From assembly GCF_028641065.1 (NCBI RefSeq), contig NW_026576597.1:496001-560000 (forward strand): a stretch of DNA of 64,000 nt, in the 5' to 3' direction. The position numbers were made by a program, and so were the translations under genes. Of the stretch, positions 37,600 through 49,750 are shown piece by piece. The notes below the pieces were generated by a model that did no database searches, was not told where the DNA came from, and saw only the letters and a list, made by a program, of their open reading frames with translations. Each line of letters begins with the position of its first letter. The first letter of the stretch is position 1. Source of the DNA: Leucoraja erinacea. Taxonomy: Eukaryota.

Positions 37600-38340
37600 T
37601 GCCAGTGAGGGGAAAAACAGAGGTGACAAGTACAGAGAAGCTGGATTTAGAGGGCCATTGAGGGTTAGATTAAGAGTGCAAAGATGGCATGTGACAGTTA
37701 TAGGGGACTATAAATATAGGAGATGCTTCAAATGGACAAACTGAGTCCAAAATTAGCAGCAATCAGAGAAAGAGTGGTGGTAGAGAATTGTTTCTATTAG
37801 TGGTGTTAGAGTACGTGTTCCACAGGGATTGGTGCTGCTTTCCGGGCTTGTAATATATGTCAATGACTTGGATGTGGGTGTAATGTTCGGTAAATTCGTG
37901 GATGAGATGAAGATTGATAGAGCAATTTGGTAGTGTGGAAGATAGTCAGGTGGCAGAGAGATGCCAGGGTGTTGGTTATATGGGCTGATAAATGGCAGAT
38001 AGTGTTTAATTCAGACAAATGTGAGGTGATATTTTGTAAGTATTAATGAGGCTAGGGCATTGTCCATGAAGGTGTACGGTAGTATTGAGGAACAGAGGGG
38101 CCTTGCAGTACGTCCATAGATCCCAGACATAACATTACACGTAGTTAACATGGTTAGGAAGCCCTATGCTGTACTATTAGTCTGGGCACTGAATACAGAT
38201 ATCAGGTAGTTATGCTCTAACACTGCTAGGGCAGTGCATGCAGTTCTGATCATCTTGCTGTACGAATAATCTGATAGCACTGGAGAAGATGGAAAGGAGA
38301 TTCACCAGGAGTTTGCCTGAGATGGAGAAGGTCAGTTATC
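37600..38340 (+). mobile_element. Highly decayed CR1
   Basis: Remnants of VPQG.VL, KFVDE.K and FNSDKCEV. Confidence 0.65.
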
Positions 38341-38582
38341 AGGATCATAAAATATAAAGCAATGCAGTACAGGGACAGGCCCTTTGGATCATGAAGTTGA
38401 TGTCAAATTAAACTAATCCCTTCTGCCTGCACATGATGCATATCCTCCATTCCCTGCATATCCATGTGCTCATCTAAAAGCTCTTAAATGTCACTATTGT
38501 ATCTACTTCCACCACCACTCCCAGCAGAACGTTCCATGGACCCACCAATCTGTGTGTAAAAAAAAACGTACATCTATATCTG

Positions 38583-38774
38583 NNNNNNNNNNNNNNNNNN
38601 NNNNNNNNNNNNNNNNNNNNNNNNNNNNNNNNNNNNNNNNNNNNNNNNNNNNNNNNNNNNNNNNNNNNNNNNNNNNNNNNNNNNNNNNNNNNNNNNNNNN
38701 NNNNNNNNNNNNNNNNNNNNNNNNNNNNNNNNNNNNNNNNNNNNNNNNNNNNNNNNNNNNNNNNNNNNNNNNNN
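38583..38774. other. Assembly gap
   Basis: Run of N. Confidence 1.
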
Positions 38775-41700
38775 CTGCCGCCTGACGTCCGTCCGGCTGC
38801 CTTTCTGCCTTTTGATTCGTTGACGGCTGCTCCTTCCTATCAGCTTCCAACACAATTCAAAACAAAGTTGCAAGACAGGAACACTCTGCACTTTTCACTG
38901 CTGCAGCAGGCAGGGGAGGTGCAATTGGAGTTTTTTTTTAATCCACTGCTGAGGGAGGCAGGGGAGTGCTGGAATCTTACATTTGGGAACGGCTTCAGTT
39001 CCGTTGGAGGAGACGGGTGCATGGTGGAATATTGGGTTGGGGGAGCAGACCCAACGGGTCTGCACTTGGTCTAGTATAATATTAAAAGTGTGTGTGTGTG
39101 CGTGCACGTGTGTGTGTGTGTGTGTGTTTCTGCCTGACTTGTGGGTGCCAACCTTTGATTCGTTGCTACGGCAACGCCAGAAACTGAAACGCCGAGATTT
39201 TTTCCATTTGTTGAGATTTCACTTTTCATTCCAAGTATCCACTCCCGATTAAATTTTGTAGTGTTTATATACACATTTTTAATAAAATCCTTCTTTCTCC
39301 CCCCCCCCCCCCCCCCCCCCCCCCACTCACTAATTTTTGTCGCCTCCCCTGCTGGCCAGCGACCAGAAACGCTGTTGGCGCCCGCCTCTCGCCTCAAAGA
39401 CGCCATTTAAAAACAGCCGCACTGCTGAGTGCCTGGAATCTTATGTTAGGGAACGGCTTCAGTTGGAGGGTCTAGTATACTTTTTAAAACTGTGTGTGTG
39501 GTGTGTGTGTGACTATATCTATACACTTTCCCCCTCCCCCACTACCTCCCCCTCCCCCCCCTCTCCCCGTACTCGGGGTCTAAAGCACGTTCGGGACGTG
39601 TGTGTGTGTGTGCCTTTGCCTTTGCCATGTATCTCCTCGAAAACCAGACACTGAAACGGGGGTTTTTTACATATTTCAGTAGAGATTTTCCTTGTCATTT
39701 TAGAAATCCAACCCTCTGTGCATTTGGTACATTATTTTCCCAACTCTTTTATTAAATTTGTTGACCAATCTGATCTTTTTTAACCCACCTGCTGACGTTA
39801 CAATAACAGTGACATTTTTACAACTTCTGATAGAAATCGTCCCTATCCAGCTGCTGACCTCACAATGCCTTTCCTCGTAGTCCCACCCCCAGAGGTACGT
39901 AAGCCCACCTCCTCGTTCTTCAGGACGCGCAGAAAGATCGAGCGTTTTACAGATCCAGTGGTTTCAGCTGCTCCCTCACAGCCGCTCGCTCGAGGCATCG
40001 CTCGCAGCCACTCGCTAGAGGCGTCGCTCACAGCCACTCACTCACAGCCGGAGGCCACTGGTTTCTGAATCCTCTCCGTCTCCCCCGTCCGATCGTAGAA
40101 CATGGCGGCGGCGGCCGTTTTCGTCGCGCGGGGCATGCGATGAGAAGGTGGCCTTGCCGGCCATTACTCCCTCTGGGGAAACTGCAATTCCTCCGTTGAT
40201 CGCAGGGACTCGGGGAATCGTGACGCGAATGCTGTCGAGGTTCTCCACGCCGCCCGAGGTCCAGAGAGCTGCCGATGCTCGCTGCCCTTTCGCAGTCGGC
40301 CCCGTCCGAGCCGCCCGCTCGCCAAGTTCAAGTCCGCCCTCTCCCCCATCCTCTCCCCATCCACCTCCCCACTGGCCCCCCTTTTCCCCCCTCCTCCCTC
40401 CCCATTCCCCAAAGGGAAGTCCCCCCCCCCCCTTCCTCTCCCTCCCTCTTACTCTCCCCAATTCATCCCTACTTTCGTCGCTTCCCTCCCCGTATCCCTT
40501 TCCTTCGGAAGGGGGGGCCCTGTAGTTGGGGAAAGTGGTAGTCCTCTCCCTCCTCCTTTCCCCCCACAAATCCCTCATCTCCCGCCCCTCCCTTCACCCG
40601 TCCCGCTCCCCCTCCCTCTCCCTAACTCTCCCCACTATTTCCCCCTCTCTCCTCTCTCTTCCTCTCCCACCCCTCTCCCCCCTCCTTCCCCACTTTTCCC
40701 CTCCCTCCCTCCCTCCCCCTCCCCCTATCTCCCCTTCTCCCTCTCCATCTCCCCGTCTCTATCCCTCCCTCCCATCCCTCCAACCTACCCCCCCCCCCTT
40801 CCCCTTCCCGCGCTCTCCCCCTCTCTCCTCCCCCGCCCTTCCTCTTCTTCTCCCCGCTCACCCCCCCCCGCTCTCTCCCTCTTCTCCTCCCCTCTCTCCC
40901 CCCCTCTCTCTCCCCTTCCCCCTCTCTCTCTCGCCTCCTCTCTCTCTCCCTCTCTCTCTCCCCCCCTCTCTCTTCTCTCACACTCTCTCTACACACACAC
41001 TCAAAACTCTCTCATACACACAGTATATGTTGAGGGCATGGAGAGAAAATTAGAGAGAGAGGGAGAGGGAAGTGAAAGCACGGACATTTCTTGAAAACAT
41101 CGAACTTTCTCCCTCATCCTCCCCCCCCCCCCCCCTCCCCCCCCCACCCCCCCTCCTCCCCCCCCCCAGCTGCGCCTGGGAGTTGGGGGCTATGCGTCAG
41201 TGGATAGGGCAGTTATGGGGTAAAAGGAGCAAATGGATAATATTAATATCAAGGGTGGTTGTGCGCGGGGGTAGTTAGTGTGCATGATGCCGCATGCTGC
41301 CCCCTAAACTGCCCTCCCCCCGCTCTCGCAACTGCACGTTGGGGGACCAGACCCAACGGGTCTGCACTTGGTCTAGTACTTATTAAAACTGCGTGTGTGT
41401 CATTTTGCCTTCAAAACGTACCTCCTTGAAAACCAGACGCCAAAACGGGGAAATGTTTACATATTTCAGTAGCGATTTACCTTTTGATTGTTGAAATCCA
41501 CTCCTCTGTACATTTGGTCAATTAGTTCCCGAGATTTTCACTAAAATTATTCACGAAACTGACTTTTATTCAATTATCGCTACTTGCCAGCTGCTGACGT
41601 CACAATGCCCTTGCTCGAGGCCCACCTGCCTCCTGGCCCCGCCCCTAGCAGTGGATTAAAGCATTGTTTATTTATTTTTTTTCATAACATTGAATTTTAT

Positions 41701-44190
41701 TGTTTCTCATTTAACTGCACTAATTATTGTCGATTCCATTGTTTTCCATTGAATTGAATTTAATTATTTCTCACTTAACATCACTAATTCTTAACAATAA
41801 CTTTTACGTTCAAAGACAACTTTAAAAAATAAATTTGCTGTCTCTTCATTGACAGCTTAGATTAGAAGGGACCCGCTGTTTGTGGGGGCGGTGGTTAGTT
41901 TGTGAGATGTGACCGGCTCCTCACCCCGAATTCTATACAGTTGCCGAAAGCTTTCGTGCATGAGACGAGCACGCTTCATTTCCAGAACATTCTGAACGCT
42001 TCAGCGGTTGACGCACGCTTGTATTTTGCTCTCTCTGCCTCTGTCCTTCCCTGTTCCACCCCCCCGCCCCCGGCTCGGCTCTGGATTAAACATCTGCTGT
42101 TTAGCACGAGTTAAGTCCCCGTTGCTAACCGTACGCGCTGCTAGTTGCGTCGCTCCAAGGCCTTTGATAAAAAACACGCTGTCTTCTTGCAGTGAGGGAG
42201 CAAGTAATTATTGCGTTCAAGAACCAGCCCTCAGCTCTAACGATGCGCCCCCACAACCCCTCAAACTCCCCCCTCCCTATCCCCCACTACCCCTATGCCC
42301 CGCTCACCATCCATCCTTCTCTCTCCCTCCACTCCCCATTTCCACTCCCCACAACCTACCTCCTCTCCCACAAATCCTTTCCCCCCTCTTTCTCTCCAAA
42401 CCTACCCCTCTCTCCCTCCTCCCTCTCGCCCTCCCAACCCTTCCAACCACTCCCCTCCCAACTCCCCCTCCCCCTACCCCTCTCCCCTAATACTCTCTCC
42501 CCTCCCTCCCAACTCTTCTCCCACTCCTCCCCTCTCCTCCCCTCCTCCTCCCCTAAATACTACCCCTATCTCCCTGCCCCTCTCCCCCCCTAGCCTTTCC
42601 CCCTCCTTCCCCCCCTAACCCTACCCTCTCCACCCAACCCCTCCTCACTCTCTTCTCTCCCCTTCCCCTCTCCGTTTTCCCTCCCATCCCCCCTCTCCGT
42701 TTTCTCCTTCCCCATCCCCCTCCCCATCCCCCTCTCTCCCCTTCCCCCTCCCCCAATTCCCATTCTCCCCTCCTTTCCACCTCGCTCCCCCTCTCTCTCC
42801 CCCTCCTCTCTCCCCTCCACCCCCCATCCCCCACTCCACTCACCGCCACCTCCCTCCCCCTCCCTTTCCCTCCCACTCCCCACTCACATCCGCCTCTCTC
42901 TCCCGCCTACCCCCTCTCTCCCCTGGTCCCTACACCCTCCTCCTCCCCCACTCTCTCCCTCCTCTCCCCTCACCCACTCCCGTCTCCCCCTTCTCATCCT
43001 CCTCCCCCCCCCCCATGTGTGTGGGGTGGTGTAGTTTATGTGTGACACCGCAGCGCCCCACCCCCCCCCCCACCTTCAAACCGTGCGTTGAGGGAACGGG
43101 ACCAACGGGTCTCCTTAGGTCTAGTATACTTATGAAACTCACCTTGTCCTTGTCTGGTTTGCGTTGTTTTTCAATTTGCGAAAAAATGGAACCCGTTAAC
43201 GCTACGATGTTTTTCCACCTTTCACGCCATTCTCTGCGCTGCAAGTGCAACAAGTTTTCTTCCAATTGCTGACATAGTACAAAAGATATGAATGTTTAAA
43301 AATCGTAAAAAACTGCCCGATCCAGCACCCGCTGTCAATCACCGGTGGCAAGGAAGAATAAAGCTGAGTGTATTTAATAAAGCTGGGGGACGGGACGACT
43401 GCAGGCAGAGGCCAGTGGTGGGGGGGGGGGGGGGGGGGGGCATCCTCCGGCGAGGGAGGGGGCTGTTGGGGTCTGGGGTGGAGGGTCCTACAGCAGTCGG
43501 CCATGGCAGAGCTGCCACCACCAGCCCCTGACAGGCTCTTCCTGAAGCTGTCCCCCTTCCCTGGGTGCAGGACGCTCCTCCCTCCCCCCACCGGCCCCCG
43601 ACAGCCCCACCTGAAGAATGCAACAAGAGAAGCAACACATACACACCTCCCTTCCCCCCCACACCCCGTCGCTACACCACCCCCACCCCCCACACCATGT
43701 GCTCCCCCCCCCACCTCCAACCCCCTGCCCACTCCCCTCCTCCCCTCCCACTGCAGACCCGTCTCCCCTCCCACACTTGAAGAGGAAGGGGGGAGTGCTG
43801 GGGATGAGGGGAAATGAGCCACGTCTGCGCAGTTAGGGGTTATGGGCGAATGGTGGAATATTGCTTTGGGGGAACGGGTTACGTTGAGGGAGCAGGTGAG
43901 TGGTGGAATATTGCTTTGGGGAATGGGTTGCGTTCGAGGGACCAGGCCTCCTGTGTGAGTGGGACCCAATGGGCCCCACTTAGTCTAGTCCATATACTAA
44001 AAGTCCTGTGTTTTGTATGTATGTTTTGTATCTTCCTCAAAGCGTTATGCACTAGCTCTTAAATTTTTACATATTCTTACACATTTTTCCTCTCCACGCT
44101 GTAATCGGGTTCAATTAGGATTTCATCTTATATTTCACGTTATTCATGATTAAAGTTTTTTTTAAAAGGTAAAAACAGCTTCTCACATTT
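38775..44190 (+). mobile_element. Chain of at least six non-autonomous Helitron units
   Basis: CTAG 3' ends at 39071, 39472, 41373, 43121 and 43985, four of them preceded by a GACCCAACGGGTC-type hairpin. Each is followed by an AT-rich Helitron-type 5' end. Confidence 0.82.
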
Positions 44191-44239
44191 TTGCTATTGA
44201 GGGAGTGCAGCGTAGGTTTACAAGGTTAATTCCCGGGAA

Positions 44240-47047
44240 GGTTAATTCATTTATTGAAACTGAAAACCCTGATATCCTTATCGGGTCTGAATCTTGGCTG
44301 GACCCATCAATCAAATCTGCTGAGATTTTTCTTCCTCACCTCCAAATTTTTAGGGGCAGAAACACGCATGGAGGCGGGTCTTCATCGGAGTTAACAATAC
44401 CATTCCTTGTTTTGAAAGAACAGACATGGACAGCGACTCTGAGCAAATCTGGTGTCAAGCTCCACTTGAGGGTCAGTCGTTACAGATCGGAAGCTTTTAC
44501 CGACCACCTGACATGAAAACGGAGCCTCTTTTAGATCTTGGATCAAACATCTCCAAAATTAACGCCTCGTCATGGTCTCCACTTATCATCCTGGGGGGCG
44601 TTTTCAATGTCCCGGGTGTAGATTGGACTGACGGCATACAAAGCGATCCAAAGGGGGCGCTCCAGGAAGCACTAGCTGACCTAACTCTGGAAAATCACTT
44701 GTCCCAAGAAGTCTCTTTCCCTACCAGACAAGTGGCACCGCAAATACTTTAGATTTACTGTTCATTTCACACCCAGATTTAATTTCGGAAGTTTCATCGT
44801 GTGCTGGAATTAGCGATCATTATATTATCCAAGCAAAACTGCACATAAAGCTTAAAGTTCCTTCAAAACCACCGCGTAAAATTTCCCTCTGGGAAAAAGT
44901 GAACAGCGAGGAATTTAAAGTCTTAGCAAAAAAACTGGGAAAAGATTTCTTCAACCTGCAACCAGACAAAAGATCTGTAAATGACAACTGGGTGTGGCTG
45001 AGAAACTCCTTAAATAATATTGTTACAAATCATGTTCCTCAAATACTAATTAAGGGCCGTGTGCGTCCTCCTTGGTTTTCGGCAAAACTGAAACGTCTCT
45101 GCAGTAAGAAAGAGAAGTTTTATATCCGTGCCAATAAAAGGGGTACAAAACTGGACTGGGACAGTTTTACTAGAGTGCGAAAGCAAGTCGATCATTCAAT
45201 TAGGGGTGCTCATAGACAACATGGTTCCTCTATTCTTGGGGGAGAGCAACCCAAGGCTTTTTGGAGATATGTGAAATCCAGACGGACAGACAACACTGGT
45301 GTCCAGATGCTTAAAGTGAACAACTGTTTGATCATTGAGGACCAGGCGAAAGCAGAAGCTCTTGCAAACCAATTTCAACACGTTTTCACCCGGGAAGATG
45401 TGGAGCCTTCATCATTCCCAGTCCTACTGCCCAGCCCGTATGCTGATATGCCTGCTATTAAAATTGAGCTTGAAGGTGTCAAGAAGTTATTGCTCAACAT
45501 CAATACCACAAAAGCAATTGGACCAGATCAGATACAGAATCAAGCCCTCAAGATCGCAGCCGAAGAACTGGCTCCAGTTTTGCAGTTCATTTTTCAAGTA
45601 TCGCTTGACTCGAGTGATGTTCCGCTGGATTGGAGGAAGGCCAACATCACTCCTCTCTTTAAGAAGGGTTCAACCACCAACCCAGCGAATTATCGTCCTG
45701 TTTCATTAACAAGTACTTGCTGCAAATTGCTGGAGCCTATCATTGATAGTAATCTGATGCGACACGTGAGCAAACATAATATTCTTGCTGACAACCAACA
45801 TGCATTTAGGAGGCATAGATCATGTGAGTCTCAGTTTATCCTGATGACAAATGACCTGGCCAAGCACCTTGATAGTAACGTCATCATGGATTTAGTTGTG
45901 CTGGACTTTTCTAAAGCATTTGATGTCATCCCACACCAGAGACTGCCTCGGAAGCTTGACTTCTATGGTATTCGTTCCAACACGAAACGATGGATTTCCA
46001 GTTTCCTGATAAAACATCTTCAGCCTGTATGTGTGAATGGAAAGAGCTCCAATTGGCATCCAGTGTTGAGTGGTACACCCCAGGGCACAGTACTTGGCCC
46101 ACACCTATTTTTGCTTTACATAAATGACATCCATGAAAAAGTCGCAAGTACGACCAGACTATTCGCCGATGATTGTTTGCTGTACCGTCCAATTAAGTCA
46201 TCTGATGATGAAGATGCTCTCCAAAAGGATCTTGATACTATGGTTGAGTAGTCACAACAATGGGGCATGCAGTTCAACCCTTCCAAATGTGAAACCATGC
46301 ATGTCACCAGAAAGAGGAATCCAAGCGAAACATCTTACAACATACTTGGTGTCATCCTTGAAGAATCCAAACAAACCAAGTATCTTGGCATCAAATTGCA
46401 GAATGATCTGCGTTGGAATGGTCAGACTCATCATGCAACGGTGAAAGTAACAGGTGTCCTAAACTTTCTGAGGTGCAACTTTCATCATTGTTCAACTTCT
46501 GTCAAGGAGAAGCTATACTTCACCCTCGTTAGACCTCATTTGGACTACGCAGTTGCAGCATGGGACCCATACACAAATACAAACATTTCATCCATCGAAC
46601 GTGTCCAAGGACAGGCAGCTTGATTTGTTACTAACACCTATGGGAGAGAAGTGACTGTCACCCAACTTCTGAATTCTCTGGGGTGGAACCCTCTCCAAGG
46701 CAGACGTGAAATTCACCGTTTGACCTGTTTTTACAAAATGTTAAATGGTCAGCTCAACATAGACTACAAGGCCTACACCAAACCCAAACCAATTAGGAGC
46801 AGACGAGGGCATTCGATCCAATTTGTGATCCCAGCTACAAAGACAGATGTGTACAGCAATTCGTTCTTCCCCCGCACACACAATTAAAGCATGGAATAAT
46901 CTCCACCCAACTATAGTTACCCAACCAGATGCAACTCAATTTAAAGTAGCTCTTTCTTCCCAATAACCCTTTCTGGCTTAATCCCTTCCTTCACCACCTC
47001 CCGTTTAAATTCTATTTGGAATATTTTGGAGGACCAAGAACCAAGAA
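44240..47047 (+). mobile_element. CR1-group LINE of a distinct, invertebrate-like family, nested in a canonical CR1
   Basis: APE motifs (GSESWL, GSFYRPP, GISDH) and a 450-aa RT ORF (GPD, NYRPVSLTS, DFSKAFD, PQGTVLGP, FADD). Also WDPY...IERVQ and FFPRT motifs and a (CCAAGAA)2 tail. Confidence 0.88.
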
Positions 47048-47510
47048 GGCGGGACTGTCATATGCTGTGAGAATGGAGCGGCTGGGCTTGTACACTCTGG
47101 AGTTTAGAAGGATGAGAGGAGATTTCATTGAAACATATAAGATTGTTAAGGGCTTGGACACACTAGAGGCAGGAAACATGTTCCCGATGTTGGGGGAGTC
47201 CAGAACCAGGGGCCACAGTTTAAGGATAAGGAGTAAGCCATTTAGAATGGAGACGAGGAAACACTTTTTCTCACAGAGCGTGGTGAGTCTGTGGAATTCT
47301 CTGCCTCAGAGGGCGGTGGAGGCCGGTTCTCTGGATGCTTTCAAGAGAGAGCTAGATAGGGCTCTTAAAGATAGCGGAGTCAGGGGATACGGGGAGAAGG
47401 CAGGAATGGGGTACTGATTGGGGATGATCAGCCATGATCACATTGAATTGCGGTGCTGGCTCGAAGGGCCAAATGGCCTACTCCTGCACCTATTGTCTAT
47501 TGTCTATTAT
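47048..47510 (+). mobile_element. CR1 3' end (continuation of 44195-44239)
   Basis: GLSY..RMERLGLYTLEFRRMRGD...SLWNSLP with a (TATTGTC)n tail. Confidence 0.9.
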
Positions 47511-47914
47511 CCCTTCTTAAACTTTCTGTCCGATTAGTTCTTCTGGAGACTTCAGTAACCTCTTGTGCATTCTCCTTCCCCTTTAAATTCATCCATACAT
47601 TTCCAATTTGGTGAACCCACCCTCCCACTGTTTAAGTTTAAAGCCCTATCAACGGCGGTTCGTCAGGACCCTGGTCCCAGCAGGGTTCATGTGGACTCTG
47701 TTCCATCAGAACAGCTGCCTCCTTCCCCAATACCGATGCCAATGTCCCATGAATTCAAACCCACTTCTTCCAATGCAATCTTTGAGCCATGTGTTCAACT
47801 CTTTAATCTTCTCGACCCTACGCCAATTTACTCATGGCTCAGGTAGCAATCCAGAGATTATTACTGGTACTATGGCAATGTGTCGAGGGATTATTGCAGT
47901 ATTCTAGGGTAGAA

Positions 47915-48380
47915 CTTCATTTATCCCAGGAGGGAAATTGATCTGCAACAGTCATAAAACGCAAGAGACATGAAACATGGGGTGGGGGAAGAAGGGAGTC
48001 AGTCTACCCCACAACAGAAGGGGGAGGAATTGTACAGTTCGGCAGCCACAGGGAAGTGGGATCTCCTGTGGTGTTCTGTACTGCATCTTGGTGAAACCAA
48101 GCTGCTGCTGAAGATACCCCTCAGGATGACCGGTGTGTCATGGAGGGGGTGAGCTGTATTGTCCAGGATGCTCCTCAGTTTGAGGAGCATCCTCCCCTCC
48201 AAGACCACCTCCCATGAATCCAACACCCCCAAGATGGAACCAGCCTTCCTGATAAGCTTGTTAAATCTTGTTGGCATCTGTGGCCTTTGCCCTGCTGCCC
48301 CAGCACACGATAGTGAAGAACATGGCACTGGCTACCACTGATTGGTAGAACAACTGCAGCATCTTACTACAGTACTGTGG
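47915..48380 (-). mobile_element. Rex1/Babar-like LINE 3' fragment
   Basis: FYQSVVASAMFF..VCWG...KLIRKAGSILG...ILDNTAHPLH. Confidence 0.75.
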
Positions 48381-48848
48381 AAGAGAGGAATAACTTGAGG
48401 GTGTGGAGTGAAACGCTGGGGAAAAGGTGCAGAGAGGGAGGGAGTCAAGCAATAGGGTATCAGAAGGGGAAGGAAGGAGGGAGTTGAGAGGAAGGGTTCT
48501 AAGTTGGGAAGGAGAACTGGAAATGTGCGTTTATGTAGGACGTCCAGGTATGACGTTGTGTATGGAACGGATGTTCAGCAGCTGTGCCTGGGCCTGTTCA
48601 CCATCACAAGGCAAAACTAAGTGGGTTGCAGACACCCTGGGGACAGGAGGGATCACAGGGACTGGGAAACCAGGGGAGGGATCTTCAGGGATGTTAAGTT
48701 ACATTGTGGCACCAATAATGATTTGTTCAACGTGCCAGGCGGTGTGGTGTCCCTGTTGCCCAGTGAGCTACCTCCAGTTGTTCAGTTGCCCTAAGCAGAT
48801 GCCCCTCCTCCCCGGTTGAACCTCACTAACCTCCTTTTCTTTCTCCAG

Positions 48849-48990
48849 ACATTTCCTTGCCGATGTCCCCGGTGTCTCTGCCTCCAGACGCTGCGTCTCC
48901 ACCGGGGGATCTGTACTTGTTACACAGACCACGGCTACATACTCCGTGATTGGATCCTGTACCAATAAACCCGCAAATTAACCCACCAGC
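48849..48990 (+). other. DAA: Probable non-coding terminal exon 5 (3' UTR) of the class II alpha gene
   Basis: Branch point CACTAAC (~48824-48830), pyrimidine tract, AG at 48847-48848, AATAAA at 48964-48969 and a downstream GT-rich element. Exon 4 has a donor after the stop and so needs such an exon. The link crosses an assembly gap. Confidence 0.65.
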
Positions 48991-49217
48991 CGCCATCTCT
49001 GTCTGTTTATTGTTGGTTAATCATAGCCGTAATTATGTACAACACATAAACAGGCCCTTTGGCCAAACTCATCCATGTCAACCAAGGTGTCTTCCTGACC
49101 TAGTCTATTTACCTACGTTTGGCCCATAGACATGTACCATTCTATCCATGTACCTGTCCAAATGTCCTCTAAATATTGTTGCTATACCTGCCTCAACAAC
49201 CTCTACTGGCAGTGTTT

Positions 49218-49750
49218 AAGAGGGTACGACAGAGGTTTACCTGCATCTCTTCCAACCTCATCTATTGCGTCCGCTGCTCTAGATGTCAGCAGATCTATAT
49301 CGGTGAGACCAAGCGGAGGTTGGGCGATCGTTTCGCCGAACACCTCCGCTCGGTCCGCAATAACCAAGCTGACCTCCCGGTGGCTCAGCACTTCAACTCC
49401 CCCTCCCACTCCGCCTCCGACCTCTCTGTCCTGGGTCTCCTCCATGGCCACAGCGAGCAGCACCGGAAATTGGAGGAACAGCACCTCATATTCCGTTTGG
49501 GGAGTCTGCACCCCGGGGGCATGAACATCGAATTCTCCCAATTTTGTTAGTCCTTGCTGTCTCCTCCCCTTCCTCAGTCCCCCTGCTGTCTCCTCCCATC
49601 CCCCAGCCTTCGGGCTCCTCCTCCTTTTCCCTTTCTTGTCCCCGCCCCCGATCAGTCTGAAGAAGGGTTTCGGCCCGAAACGTTGCCTATTTCCTTCGCT
49701 CCATAGATGCTGCTGCACCTGCTGAGTTTCTCCAGCTTTTTTGTGTAACC
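49218..49750 (+). mobile_element. Young Penelope-like element 3' part (GIY-YIG plus tail)
   Basis: FTCISSNLIYCVRCSRCQQIYIGETKRRLGDRFAEH...EQHLIFRLGSLHPGGMN, uninterrupted. Confidence 0.92.
49654..49688 (+). ncRNA. Minimal type I hammerhead ribozyme motif in the Penelope-like element tail
   Basis: CTGAAGA(A), then GGGT-TTCG-GCCC stem II, then GAAA, then palindromic ACGT stem III and a GTT cleavage triplet. Stem I is weak. Confidence 0.65.
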
